Source: Candidatus Latescibacterota bacterium
Lineage (GTDB): Bacteria > Latescibacterota > UBA2968
NCBI GenBank assembly: GCA_965205975.1
Contig: OZ242195.1
Coordinates: 4,128,001-4,192,000 of the forward strand
DNA length: 64,000 nucleotides
Direction: 5' to 3'
A program made the position numbers and the translations under genes. Positions 39,444 to 49,800 of this stretch are shown piece after piece. Numbering within the stretch: the first letter of the stretch is position 1; every line of letters begins with the position of its first letter. Below the pieces are notes generated by a model that was not told the DNA's origin, searched no databases, and was given only the letters and a program-made list of their open reading frames with translations.

Positions 39444-40234
39444 TGGAGAACAACATGTCAGAAATATATGTAATGGATTTATTTCGATTAGACGGAAAGG
39501 TCGCGTTAATCACCGGGGGATCCAAAGGATTGGGCGCATCAATGGCGATGGGATTGGCGCAGGCCGGTGCAAAAACCGTCATTTGCTCGCGGACGCAGGC
39601 AGATTGTGACCGCGTGGCCTCAGAGATCGCAGATGAAACACGGCAAGAAAGTCTCGGTATCGCTGGAGATGTAACCCGTGAAAAAGACGTGGATCGGGTA
39701 TTTGATACCGTCATCGAGAAATACGGCAAGCTGGACGTGTTGATCAACAGCGCGGGGATTAATATTCGGCATCCCGTAGAGGAGTTTCCCCTCGACGAGT
39801 TTAAGCAAGTGATCGATATCAATCTGACCGGCGTATGGTTGTGTTGCCGTGCGGCCGCCCGGGTTATGAAGCCCCAGGGATCGGGGTCAGTGGTGAACAT
39901 CGCGTCGGCATTAAGCGGCGTCGGGTTAAGAGAGCGCTCGGCCTATTGTTCGTCAAAAGCGGGATTAATCGGCATGACTAAAACGATGGCTCTGGAGTGG
40001 GCCGAGTCCAATGTGCGGTGCAATGCCCTGTGTCCCGGACCCTTTTTAACAGAGATCAATGTGCCGCTTCTCAAGACGCCCGAGAAAGTGAAGTCGTTGT
40101 TGGAATTGACGGCATTAAATCGCTGGGCCGAATTGCATGAAATTCGTGGCGCAGCCTTATTTTTGGCGAGCGATGCCTCCAGCTTTATGACGGGAGCATC
40201 GCTATATGTGGATGGCGGATGGAACGCGCAGTAA
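39443..40234 (+). CDS. SDR family oxidoreductase
   Basis: TGGSKGLG, NSAG, YCSSK, VDGG. Confidence 0.93.
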   Translation: MENNMSEIYVMDLFRLDGKVALITGGSKGLGASMAMGLAQAGAKTVICSRTQADCDRVASEIADETRQESLGIAGDVTREKDVDRVFDTVIEKYGKLDVLINSAGINIRHPVEEFPLDEFKQVIDINLTGVWLCCRAAARVMKPQGSGSVVNIASALSGVGLRERSAYCSSKAGLIGMTKTMALEWAESNVRCNALCPGPFLTEINVPLLKTPEKVKSLLELTALNRWAELHEIRGAALFLASDASSFMTGASLYVDGGWNAQ

Positions 40235-40259
40235 ACCACCAAAGTGAAGGAAAATCACA

Positions 40260-40718
40260 GTGATAGAAAAAATCAACGAATCGGAAATAGAGGAAAAATC
40301 GCGCCAATCGCACACGGGCAAATACGGTTTGTGTTGGAAGGATATTTCCGGAGCATTAGAAACCACGGGACAACCCTTTGAGGTCGAATGGGTGCGATTG
40401 CCGCCGGGAAAGATAAATTTTCCGTGCCACGCGCACCAGGTACAGTGGGAATTTTATATCGTGCTCCGAGGCCAGGGTGCCGTGCGCCGAAATGATCACA
40501 CATTTGAGGTGGGAGTAGGCGATGCATTCGTTCAACCACCCGGCACCGCGCATCAGATTCGCAACACAAGTGCGACAGAGGACTTGATTTATTATGTCAT
40601 TGCCGACAATCCCGTAAGTGACCCGGTCTATTATCCGGACTCGGATAAATGGGCGATCCGTCCACCAGGCAAATTGGGCCGCCTGACCGAGACGGACTAT
40701 TACGATGGGGAAGAATAG
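40260..40718 (+). CDS. Cupin domain protein
   Basis: LPPG..PCHAH..EFYIVLRG..GD..PPGTAHQI..YPDSDK. Confidence 0.88.
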   Translation: MIEKINESEIEEKSRQSHTGKYGLCWKDISGALETTGQPFEVEWVRLPPGKINFPCHAHQVQWEFYIVLRGQGAVRRNDHTFEVGVGDAFVQPPGTAHQIRNTSATEDLIYYVIADNPVSDPVYYPDSDKWAIRPPGKLGRLTETDYYDGEE

Positions 40719-40732
40719 AGGAAAGGAGCAAT

Positions 40733-42145
40733 ATGGACAGACCAAATTTTATGTTGATAACAGCAGATGACATGAACTGGGATGCAGTGGGGGCGTTTGG
40801 TTGCCCAACAGCGGGGACGACCCCAAATATTGACCGATTAGCTGGGGGGGGATTGCGGTTTAACCACGGACATGTGACAATTGCAGTATGCCAACCGAGC
40901 CGCTCGGCATTGATGACCGGGCGCTATCCGCATCTCAGCGGGGGCGAGGGCTTTTATCACTTGCGACACGAAGGCGTCCCCATTCTACCCGATATTTTGC
41001 GCGGTGAGGGCTATGACGTGGGCATTTTAGGCAAGGTGCCGCACTCGACGCCTTATGCGGCATTTCAATGGGACATGGCGCATGATCAGATCAATTTGGG
41101 GCAGGGACGAAATCCCGATGCGTATTATCAGCATGCAAAAAGCTTTGTTCAATCTGCCGTAGATGGCGACCGCCCATTTTTCCTCATGGCAAATTCCCAC
41201 GATCCACACCGCCCGTTTTACGGCAATGACAAGCCCGAATGGTACAGCGAACTCGACCCGCCTGCGGTGCCCCCCTCGCGCACATTTGATCCAGAAGAAG
41301 TGGTCATTCCCGAGTTCTTGCCCGATCTACCGGATGTGCGTCTGGAAATAGCCGAGTATTACAACTCTGTTCGCCGCTGTGATGATACCGTAGGCAGATT
41401 GCTCGATGTATTAGACGAAGCGGGCGTGGCGGAGGACACACTGATAATGTTCTTATCCGACAATGGCATGGCATTCCCCTTCGCAAAAACAAATTGTTAC
41501 TTAAACAGCACGCGCACACCCTTTTTGGCGCGATGGCCCGCGGTTATTCAAGCCGGACGCGTGGATACCGAGCATTTTATTTCCGGGGTAGATTATTTAC
41601 CCACAGTACTGGATGCGATTGGGGTAGATATCCCGGACGGCGTCAATGGCAAATCGCGTTTGCCCGTATTGCGGGGTGAAAAACAGGATGGATGCGAACA
41701 AGTGTTCACGCAATTTCACCAGACTTCGGGACGGCGCAATTACCCGATGCGATGCGTGCAAAATACGCGGTTCGGCTATATCTTCAATCCCTGGTCTGAT
41801 GGCGAACGAGAATTTCGAAATGAATCCCAGAATGGTCGGTCCTGGCAGGCGATGAAAGAAGCAGAAGCCAACGACCCGGAATTGGCTGCGCGAAACCATT
41901 TGTTCAGCTATCGCGTACTCGAAGAATTTTACGATTTTGAGAACGACCCCAACGCGCTGAACAACCTGATTGACGACCCCAACTATGCCGATGAAATCCA
42001 AGGCTTGAGAAACGCACTCGATGAATGGATGGTGGAAACAAACGATCCGACGCTCAAAGCATTTCGCGGTCGCACATCGCGGCAGGCACTCGACGATCTG
42101 ATGGACCACCTCGCGGATACAATTGGAAAACGCCCCAATGAGTAA
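40733..42145 (+). CDS. Sulfatase (sulfamidase/N-sulfoglucosamine sulfohydrolase-like)
   Basis: PNFMLITADD, CQPSR, DPHRPF, SDNGMAFPFAK, YPMR; AAGGAG RBS. Confidence 0.92.
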   Translation: MDRPNFMLITADDMNWDAVGAFGCPTAGTTPNIDRLAGGGLRFNHGHVTIAVCQPSRSALMTGRYPHLSGGEGFYHLRHEGVPILPDILRGEGYDVGILGKVPHSTPYAAFQWDMAHDQINLGQGRNPDAYYQHAKSFVQSAVDGDRPFFLMANSHDPHRPFYGNDKPEWYSELDPPAVPPSRTFDPEEVVIPEFLPDLPDVRLEIAEYYNSVRRCDDTVGRLLDVLDEAGVAEDTLIMFLSDNGMAFPFAKTNCYLNSTRTPFLARWPAVIQAGRVDTEHFISGVDYLPTVLDAIGVDIPDGVNGKSRLPVLRGEKQDGCEQVFTQFHQTSGRRNYPMRCVQNTRFGYIFNPWSDGEREFRNESQNGRSWQAMKEAEANDPELAARNHLFSYRVLEEFYDFENDPNALNNLIDDPNYADEIQGLRNALDEWMVETNDPTLKAFRGRTSRQALDDLMDHLADTIGKRPNE

Positions 42146-42161
42146 CAGGAGGATTTTAGTC

Positions 42162-42452
42162 ATGCAAAAGGACAAACTCGCGGAAACTGTTGCGGAGCAA
42201 GGCTTGAAATACGGCGATATGCTCCGGGATCTGGGCACTTATTTTTTGCGAAATCCGAAACGATTCAAATTTGCACTAAACCGCATGTCCCACAGACTCG
42301 ATACCCGCGAAATTGCGCAGTTACAAAAATTGAGTCGGGATCGAAAGATCGAAAATTCCGGAACATTTGAAGATCGGTTTGAGGAAATTTGCTGGGCAAA
42401 AGATCCCGAGGAAAAACGCGAACTGGTGCGGCGGATGCTCCGGCACATGTAA
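42162..42452 (+). CDS. Hypothetical protein (96 aa)
   Basis: AGGAGG RBS before ATG 42162; fills the gap within the operon. Confidence 0.7.
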   Translation: MQKDKLAETVAEQGLKYGDMLRDLGTYFLRNPKRFKFALNRMSHRLDTREIAQLQKLSRDRKIENSGTFEDRFEEICWAKDPEEKRELVRRMLRHM

Positions 42453-42467
42453 TTATAAGGAGATGAA

Positions 42468-43739
42468 ATGGCACAGTTGCCAAATATCTTGATAATCCTG
42501 GGCGATGATCACGGTTACGGCGATATCTCAGCGCATCGGGGACCGCATATTCAAACGCCAAATATCGATCGCATTGCTGAAAACGGCATTCGCTTGACGC
42601 AGTTCTACGCAAATTCATCCGTATGTTCCCCCAGTCGCGCAGCATTGATGACGGGGCGATATCCAGATCGGGTCGGCGTGCCTGGCGTGATTCGCACGTA
42701 CCCCGAGAGCAATTGGGGCTATTTCAGTCGCGATGCCATAACACTGCCATCAATGCTCAAACAAAAAGACTATCACACATCCATCATTGGAAAATGGCAT
42801 CTGGGCCTCGAGCCAGAAAACCATCCGTGTAAGCGCGGGTTTGATCATTTCCACGGTTTTTTGGGCGACATGATGGACGACTATTACACGCATTTGCGGC
42901 ACGACCAGAATTACATGCGGAAAGATCTCGAGGTAATTGATCCGCGAGGACACGCGACGGATTTGTTTACAGAATGGGCGATAGACGTGATTCGCGGACA
43001 CGCGCATTCGTCACAACCGTTCTTCCTCTATCTGGCTTATAATGCGCCGCACACACCCATTCAACCGCCAGAAGAATGGATTGAACGGGTGCGCCAGCGC
43101 GAGCCTGATGCCTCGCCCGAACGGGTGAAATACATCGCACTGGTCGAACACATGGATGCGGGCATTGGTCGGGTCATAGACGGGCTCGAGAACACCGGAC
43201 AACTCTCCAATACACTTGTGGTTTACACGTCAGACAATGGCGGACAGTTAAATGTGGGCGCGACCAACGGTGATCTAAAAGGCGGAAAAGGACAGATGTA
43301 TGAAGGTGGCATTCGAGTACCTGCCTGTGCAATGTGGGCAGATGGAATCGAAAAAGGCCTGGTATGTGACAACGTTGCGATGCTAATGGACCTGTTTCCC
43401 ACAGCCTGCGATATAGCAGGTGCATCGGTCAACCATGAGATTGAGGGACTGTCTATTTTACCAACGCTGAGAGGAGAAAACCAGGATTTCTCTGATCGCG
43501 CGATGTACTGGGTGCGAAAAGACGGGGGCCACTCCTTTCTCGGACTAAACCAGCACGCTGTTCGACGCGGCAATATCAAATTGCTGCACAACAGTCCTTT
43601 TGAACCACTGGAACTTTATGACCTGGGCAATGATCCTCAAGAGACATCCGATCGGGCAAAAATAGGCGCATTTCGGGAAATGGGTGAGTTGTTGCAGACG
43701 GAAATGCAGCAAAACGGCAGTGTGCCCTGGCAGTCTTAA
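42468..43739 (+). CDS. Arylsulfatase family sulfatase
   Basis: PNILIILGDDHGYGD, CSPSRAALMTGR, GKWHLG, YNAPH, SDNGG, YEGGIRVP. Confidence 0.95.
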   Translation: MAQLPNILIILGDDHGYGDISAHRGPHIQTPNIDRIAENGIRLTQFYANSSVCSPSRAALMTGRYPDRVGVPGVIRTYPESNWGYFSRDAITLPSMLKQKDYHTSIIGKWHLGLEPENHPCKRGFDHFHGFLGDMMDDYYTHLRHDQNYMRKDLEVIDPRGHATDLFTEWAIDVIRGHAHSSQPFFLYLAYNAPHTPIQPPEEWIERVRQREPDASPERVKYIALVEHMDAGIGRVIDGLENTGQLSNTLVVYTSDNGGQLNVGATNGDLKGGKGQMYEGGIRVPACAMWADGIEKGLVCDNVAMLMDLFPTACDIAGASVNHEIEGLSILPTLRGENQDFSDRAMYWVRKDGGHSFLGLNQHAVRRGNIKLLHNSPFEPLELYDLGNDPQETSDRAKIGAFREMGELLQTEMQQNGSVPWQS

Positions 43740-43837
43740 AACAGTGCAGAGAACAATGTAGAGATAGTGCCTCTCGCCCGTCCAGGGGGTTGCTGGGCGG
43801 GATTCGTCTATTCGTTGATTCGCTTGGAGGTTGTAAA

Positions 43838-44809
43838 ATGGCAATAAAAATGGTATTGCAGCGGGCGCTGGAAGATGAATACATGCAACAGATCCGCGAC
43901 CTGGGTGTAGAAACTGTAGTCGTGAAATCTCAAGAGGACTTATTATCCGAAATTGGCGATGCAGATGCCTATTTCGGCGGCATGACACCGCAGATTTTGA
44001 AAGCGGCGAAAAAACTGCGGTGGGTGCAGGCGACGAGTGCCGGGCTGGATGGCTATTACTTTCCAGAACTGCGAGAAAGCGATTTGACGGTAACGAATAT
44101 CCGCGGGATATACAGCGATGTGATCGCCGATCATGTATTTTCAATGCTCATGGCATTTGCCCGCGGATTGCATCACTATATTCGCAATCAGTCAGAGGGA
44201 AAATGGGAAAAAGACGCGCCGGTCATCCATCTTGCGGGAACGACATTGGGCGTCGTCGGTTTGGGAGGCATTGGTCTGGCTGTTGCCGAGCGAGGCCCGA
44301 CATTTGGCATGCGCGTGTTGGGAATGGATCCAGCCCCAAAGGGAAAACCCGATTTTATCGCGCGTATTTATTCCCCAGATGAACTTTCGGATATGGTCGG
44401 AGAGTCGGATTTTGTGGTAATTTGCGTACCGCATACAGCACAGACCGAAGGGTTATTCGACACGGATATGTTTCGCGCAATGAAAAATACGGGCATTCTG
44501 ATAAATATCGGCCGCGGCAAGGTAGTCCAATTGCACGCACTGACCAGCGCATTGCAATCCGGGCAAATCGGCGGTGCAGGACTCGATGTCTATGAAGAGG
44601 AACCACTGCCGCAAGATCACGCCCTGTGGTCCATGGAAAATGTAATTTTGACGCCGCATGTGGCTGGTGTTTCGCCCGAAATTGACAAGCGCAGAAAGGC
44701 ATTAATCGTGGAAAATGTGCGTCGATTCTGCGCCGGAGAACCCCTGTTAAACGTAGTGGATAATCAGAGGGGCTATGTCGTGGATGCGACATCGATTTGG
44801 AAGACATAA
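43838..44809 (+). CDS. D-2-hydroxyacid dehydrogenase
   Basis: GLGGIG, INIGRG, GAGLDV..EEPLP, TPHVAG; GGAGG RBS. Confidence 0.94.
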   Translation: MAIKMVLQRALEDEYMQQIRDLGVETVVVKSQEDLLSEIGDADAYFGGMTPQILKAAKKLRWVQATSAGLDGYYFPELRESDLTVTNIRGIYSDVIADHVFSMLMAFARGLHHYIRNQSEGKWEKDAPVIHLAGTTLGVVGLGGIGLAVAERGPTFGMRVLGMDPAPKGKPDFIARIYSPDELSDMVGESDFVVICVPHTAQTEGLFDTDMFRAMKNTGILINIGRGKVVQLHALTSALQSGQIGGAGLDVYEEEPLPQDHALWSMENVILTPHVAGVSPEIDKRRKALIVENVRRFCAGEPLLNVVDNQRGYVVDATSIWKT

Positions 44810-44821
44810 AGAGAGGAAAAA

Positions 44822-45094
44822 ATGGATACACAAACCATTGAATATCCTGCTAAAATTCTCGGGGCGTTAAAAAAAGATCCCGACGAATTTGAAAAAGAGG
44901 CCCGTTTGTTGTTGGCACTGAAATATTACGAAAACGGCAAACTCAGCACCGGACTCGCCGCTCAACTCGCGGGTGTACCACGCACCACATTTATGCTTCT
45001 TCTCGGTCAGTACGGTCTCTCGCCCTTTGGAGAAACCGCTGACGAACTTGAAGCAGATTTAGCCAATGCAAAAAAAGCCAGTCATCGCCAATAA
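44822..45094 (+). CDS. UPF0175 family putative antitoxin
   Basis: LALKYYENGKLSTGLAAQLAGVPRTTF..LEADL. Confidence 0.85.
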   Translation: MDTQTIEYPAKILGALKKDPDEFEKEARLLLALKYYENGKLSTGLAAQLAGVPRTTFMLLLGQYGLSPFGETADELEADLANAKKASHRQ

Positions 45095-45554
45095 TACACC
45101 GCTCGTTGCACTTTGGGAACTCAACAGCCTTTTCCTGTTGCGGGAACTCTTCACAGAAGTGTGGATCCCCCAGGCGGTCGAAGATGAGTTTATCGCAACT
45201 GAACCGATAGCTCGTCGGGTAGCACTCAACAACGCGCCCTATATTAAAACTGTTCCTTTGCCCCATCCCCAAAGTACATTGGCTTATGTTGGACTCCATC
45301 ACGGCGAAGCCTCCGTTTTGGCTCTTGCTGAAGAACACGATGCGCGTTTGGTTATTATTGACGAGCGAAAGGCGCGAGGGTATGCCCAACAGATCGGATT
45401 ACCGCTTACCGGAACGATTGGCGTTTTGTTGCTGGCGAAGAAAGAAGGATTGATTGATGCTATCAAGCCGCTTTTAACTACATTGCACGATAACGGTTTA
45501 TATTTGAGCGTATCGCTCATTGATAAAGCGTTACAACTTGCAGATGAAACATAA
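45066..45554 (+). CDS. DUF3368 PIN-domain putative toxin
   Basis: VIANNTPLV, IPQAVEDE, LHHGEASVLALA, IIDERKAR, TGTIGVLL. Confidence 0.87.
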   Translation: MQKKPVIANNTPLVALWELNSLFLLRELFTEVWIPQAVEDEFIATEPIARRVALNNAPYIKTVPLPHPQSTLAYVGLHHGEASVLALAEEHDARLVIIDERKARGYAQQIGLPLTGTIGVLLLAKKEGLIDAIKPLLTTLHDNGLYLSVSLIDKALQLADET

Positions 45555-45566
45555 AAGGAGAAAAAA

Positions 45567-46574
45567 ATGGCAGATTTTAAAGCTGGTGTTATCGGTTGTG
45601 GCGGTCGTGGAAAAGCGCACGCGCGCGGATGGACCGCGTCGGACGACGTAGTGATCGTAGCGTGTGCCGATCCGTTTGAGGATCCGCGTTCGGCGTATAT
45701 GGCGGAATTTGGTGTTGAAAATGGCTACGAAGACTATCGCGACATGCTGGAGGAGGAAGACCTGGATTTTGTAAGTGTGTGTACCTGGACCGGATTGCAT
45801 CACGATATGATTGTAGATGCGGCGGGCAGTGGGATTCAGGCGATTCACGCAGAAAAGCCCATGGCACCGACCTGGGGTGAGGCAAAATCGCTGTATCAGG
45901 CATGCGTAGATAACGACGTGGTCATTACATTTTGTCATCAGAGACGGTTTGCCGGGCAATTTATAAAGGCAAAAGAAATTGCAAAATCTGGTGCCATTGG
46001 CGAAGTGCGGCGTTTTGAGGGCAATTGCCCGAACATGTTCGACTGGGGCACGCACTGGTTCGATATGTTTTTCTTTTACAATGACGATGAACCCGCCGAG
46101 TGGGTAATCGGGCAAATCGACGCAGATGGTGGGCGCGAGGTATTTGGGACCCCCGTGGAAGGCAGCGGGATTTCCTGGATTCGGTATCAAAATGGGCGCG
46201 AGGGGTTGTTGGTAACAGGTGTAACCAGAATGCAGGGCATTGCGAATCGATTGGTCGGGAGCGAAGGATTCATTGAAATTGGGGGGCGCGATGCTCGCCC
46301 ACTCCGCGTTGTATCGGGCACCCAGGAGGTAGATGTAGATCTCAGCGGCATGGTGAGTCAGCGCGATGCGACAACCGTTGCTGTGCTGGACCTCGTCGAT
46401 GCCGTGAAAAACGGACGCGAACCCGAACTTTCAGGGCGCAAAGCACTGCAAGCAACAGAATTGATTTTTGCAACTTATGAATCGAGTCGTCGCCGGGGCA
46501 AAGTTGAATTACCTCTAAATGTAGATGATTCCGCACTGTTGAGCATGCTGGCAGATGGCACGGTCAAATTATGA
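45567..46574 (+). CDS. Gfo/Idh/MocA oxidoreductase
   Basis: GCGGRG, AEKPMA, HQRRF, DWGTHWFD. Confidence 0.93.
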   Translation: MADFKAGVIGCGGRGKAHARGWTASDDVVIVACADPFEDPRSAYMAEFGVENGYEDYRDMLEEEDLDFVSVCTWTGLHHDMIVDAAGSGIQAIHAEKPMAPTWGEAKSLYQACVDNDVVITFCHQRRFAGQFIKAKEIAKSGAIGEVRRFEGNCPNMFDWGTHWFDMFFFYNDDEPAEWVIGQIDADGGREVFGTPVEGSGISWIRYQNGREGLLVTGVTRMQGIANRLVGSEGFIEIGGRDARPLRVVSGTQEVDVDLSGMVSQRDATTVAVLDLVDAVKNGREPELSGRKALQATELIFATYESSRRRGKVELPLNVDDSALLSMLADGTVKL

Positions 46575-47659
46575 AACACGTAACAGTGTACCGAGAAACG
46601 GGGCGTTTTGCGGGTTGGCCCGCAAATTACGGCGTGTGGTCGTGGGGTGACGAGATCGCGCTGGGATTTACGCTGGGATTTACAGATCCCCAGGGCGGTT
46701 TTCACGCGCGAGACAAAGACCGCCCATTTGTAAACATGCAGGCGCGGAGCCTGGATGGCGGCGAAACCTGGAACGTGACGCCCATGCCGTGCAAAACCCC
46801 GGGAAATCGCGGATTATCAGCCGATGAACACATGAATGAGGGATTGCGCGTAGGTGAAATTCTGGACGGAGAACACGGGCCGATAGATTGTCCGGGCAAT
46901 GTGGATTTTTCGCATCCCGACTTCGCATTGATGTGCGCCAAGACGGGCCTGGGTCCAGGGGTCTGTTCCTTCTGGTACTATTCACAGGACCGATGCCAGT
47001 CGTGGAACGGGCCTTTCTATCTCCCAATGTGGGGGCAAACCGGGATTGCTGCGCGAACGGATTATCTGATAGATAGCGCGGATCAATGTACGCTATTTCT
47101 AACAGCGAATAAGCGCAATGGGCTGGAAGGCCGCGTATTTGCTGCGCGGTCTTATGATGGCGGGCGCAAATTTGGATTTCTATCGTGGCTGAGTGAAGAG
47201 CCTGCGGGTTTTCAAATTATGCCCGCAAGTTTGCGTCTCAGTAATGGGCATATTCTCGTCGCTGTGCGCTGCACGGAGCGCGGAGAATTTACAGCGTCTA
47301 AACACTGGATTGATACGTACTTGTCCGAAGATGACGGGTTGACCTGGACACATATCGGTCGGCCTGTACCGGCTTCTGGCCAGGGGGGGAACCCGCCGAC
47401 ACTGACGCTTCTGAAGGATGGGCGGATCGTTCTAACTTACGGTTATCGCGCAGCACCTTATGGTATCCGCGCCAGGATCTGTGATACAACCGGAACCTCC
47501 TGGAGTGAGGACATTGTACTGCGCGACGATGGTGGCAATGCGGATATCGGGTATCCGCGGACCGTCTTGAGACCCGATGGATCTCTTGTAACCGCCTATT
47601 ATTATAACGATACGCCAGAAGGGGAACGCTATATCGGCGCGACAATCTGGAATCCCTGA
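46571..47659 (+). CDS. Sialidase/BNR-repeat protein
   Basis: Asp-boxes SLDGGETW, SQDRCQSW, SYDGGRKF, SEDDGLTW; DIGYP. Confidence 0.85.
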   Translation: MKHVTVYRETGRFAGWPANYGVWSWGDEIALGFTLGFTDPQGGFHARDKDRPFVNMQARSLDGGETWNVTPMPCKTPGNRGLSADEHMNEGLRVGEILDGEHGPIDCPGNVDFSHPDFALMCAKTGLGPGVCSFWYYSQDRCQSWNGPFYLPMWGQTGIAARTDYLIDSADQCTLFLTANKRNGLEGRVFAARSYDGGRKFGFLSWLSEEPAGFQIMPASLRLSNGHILVAVRCTERGEFTASKHWIDTYLSEDDGLTWTHIGRPVPASGQGGNPPTLTLLKDGRIVLTYGYRAAPYGIRARICDTTGTSWSEDIVLRDDGGNADIGYPRTVLRPDGSLVTAYYYNDTPEGERYIGATIWNP

Positions 47660-47661
47660 AG

Positions 47662-49020
47662 TTATTCCTCCCAGACGTTTACACCTTCACTGTCAAAGGC
47701 CGGGAGCAGGACAAAGTGATCCTCTGTCTCAATCAGGCGCTCGCACAACAAGCGATGATGGTGGGCGACCTCGTCGCGGTAATTGGGATCATCTACCAGA
47801 TTATTCATTTCTCCGGGATCGTTTTTCAAATCAAAAAATTGCCAGGGCTTGCCGCCCATGTTGTTTCCCTTCACGGTATATTTGTAATCCCGCGTGCGAA
47901 ATCCCCGCCAGACTTCATCAAAAAATGGTGGCCGTTCTCGCAGTTCCGCAACAAATTCGAGCAAAACGCCCTCGCGACCAAGCGCATCTACATCCCCGTG
48001 AATGAGCGGTGTCAAGTTTGTCCCCTGCACCTTGTTTTTGGGAACCAATCCCGCCAGACCGAGTAATGTTGGAAATAAATCTTCGGTGCATGTCGGATCT
48101 TTGATCACCGTTCCCGCGCGTTCTCTCACACGAGAATCCCACACTATGAGCGGAATCCCCACAGATTCTTCATAGGGCCACTGCTTCGCACGCAGACCGT
48201 GTGCTCCCGCCAATTCGCCGTGGTCGGATAAAAAGACCACGATTGTATCATCCAATAATCCCTCCGTTTTGAGAAAAGCCATCATCTTTCCGACATTGGC
48301 ATCCAGATTCTCAACCATGGCATTGTAGCGCTTGCGATTGAGAATAAAAATTTCGCGCTCCGCGGGATCTGCCACATCAAAATTTTCGGGTAATACAATA
48401 TCTCTCGCTTCCCATGCGGATTGCACATCTTCGGGAGCCACAAAAGGATCGTGAGGCGGTTCCACGGAAATGACCATACAGAAGGGCCGTTCGTCTGTGC
48501 GGTCTTTTATATAGTCCATGCCAATTTGAAACAGACCATCGGTCTGATACCCTTCAATTTTTTGGGGTGTGGGATCGTCATCCTCAAAATAACAGGTATC
48601 AAAGGGATCATTGCGCAGCTCAAACCCGTACCACTTTTGCCAGCGACCCTGCCGAGATCGCGGCACCCGCGTGCGGTTGACCTGCAAAGCAGATCCCAAC
48701 CGCCCGTGCCCCCCATCGAGATGCCATTTGCCCACATAAATGGTCTCATACCCCGCCTCATTAAACTCATCGGCCAGCGTGCGTTCTTCTGACGACATAA
48801 CGTATTCAATACCCGGTATTTTGCGGACATGGGCATATTCTCCAGTCATAAGTGTAAACCTGAAAGGCACGCAGATCGGATACGTGGAACACGCATTGTC
48901 AAATCGCACACCCTGTTGTGCAAAGGCATCCAGATGCGGTGTGCGTGCATCCGGGTCACCGTGAATTCCAAGAGCCTGTCGGCGCAACTGGTCACTCAAT
49001 AAAACAATCAGGTTTGGCAT
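47662..49020 (-). CDS. Sulfatase
   Basis: PNLIVLLSDQLR, CVPFR, GKWHL, PPHDP, SDHGE; alternative start 49032. Confidence 0.92.
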   Translation of the reverse strand: MPNLIVLLSDQLRRQALGIHGDPDARTPHLDAFAQQGVRFDNACSTYPICVPFRFTLMTGEYAHVRKIPGIEYVMSSEERTLADEFNEAGYETIYVGKWHLDGGHGRLGSALQVNRTRVPRSRQGRWQKWYGFELRNDPFDTCYFEDDDPTPQKIEGYQTDGLFQIGMDYIKDRTDERPFCMVISVEPPHDPFVAPEDVQSAWEARDIVLPENFDVADPAEREIFILNRKRYNAMVENLDANVGKMMAFLKTEGLLDDTIVVFLSDHGELAGAHGLRAKQWPYEESVGIPLIVWDSRVRERAGTVIKDPTCTEDLFPTLLGLAGLVPKNKVQGTNLTPLIHGDVDALGREGVLLEFVAELRERPPFFDEVWRGFRTRDYKYTVKGNNMGGKPWQFFDLKNDPGEMNNLVDDPNYRDEVAHHHRLLCERLIETEDHFVLLPAFDSEGVNVWEE

Positions 49021-49052
49021 AATCCGCTCCATTTATACATGAAAGTTTATCC

Positions 49053-49679
49053 TCACAACTCAAGTGCTCGCCACATATACCAGCTTCCCACTGACCGATA
49101 AGGTCTCCACCGCTCGCAATAGACCATCATTTCTTTTTCTGCTGGCAACTCGTCCAATCCATAAGTAAGCATAAATCCCTTGCGTACCCCCAGATCTTTT
49201 GTCGGGAGTACATCTGGCCTACCGAGATGAAACATCAGAAGCATTTGAACGGTCCACTCCCCAATGCCACGCACCTGTGTGAGGTTTTCTACAATGTCGG
49301 CGTCCGACATTTCGCGAAGGCGTGACCCCGAGGGAATCAGCCCATCCATAGTTTTTTGCGCCAGATCATTTACTGAGGCTACTTTTGCCCGGGACATTCC
49401 CGCATTGCGAAGCATCTGATCATCCATCACAACCACTTCATGCGGGTTGATGTCTCTCCCTGAAAACAGGGCGCGAACCCGTTTGTGAATCGTGGCAGCA
49501 GCTCTCCCTGAAAGTTGTTGATAGATAATCGACCGCAAAAGCGCATCAAAAGGCTTTAATCGTTTGGGGAACTCAATATTTATTGGTCCTGCCCTTTGGA
49601 TTAATTCGGCGAGTGTGCGATCCTTTTTGCACAAAGCGCGCATCGCTTTTTGAGAATCATAAGTCAGCACCTCAACCAT
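49053..49679 (-). CDS. DNA-3-methyladenine glycosylase II (AlkA/HhH-GPD family)
   Basis: SIIYQQLSGRAA, VRGIGEWT, GRPDVLPTKDLG, WRPYRS. Confidence 0.92.
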   Translation of the reverse strand: MVEVLTYDSQKAMRALCKKDRTLAELIQRAGPINIEFPKRLKPFDALLRSIIYQQLSGRAAATIHKRVRALFSGRDINPHEVVVMDDQMLRNAGMSRAKVASVNDLAQKTMDGLIPSGSRLREMSDADIVENLTQVRGIGEWTVQMLLMFHLGRPDVLPTKDLGVRKGFMLTYGLDELPAEKEMMVYCERWRPYRSVGSWYMWRALEL

Positions 49680-49800
49680 CTCCTGCGAATAATTGTTGTG
49701 ATTGCCTACCTGACGACACAGAACAATAATAAACATATCAGAAGAAAAATAGAAAATTCTCCACCAACCCGATATACCTATCAACAGTAGATTTTCCCAA

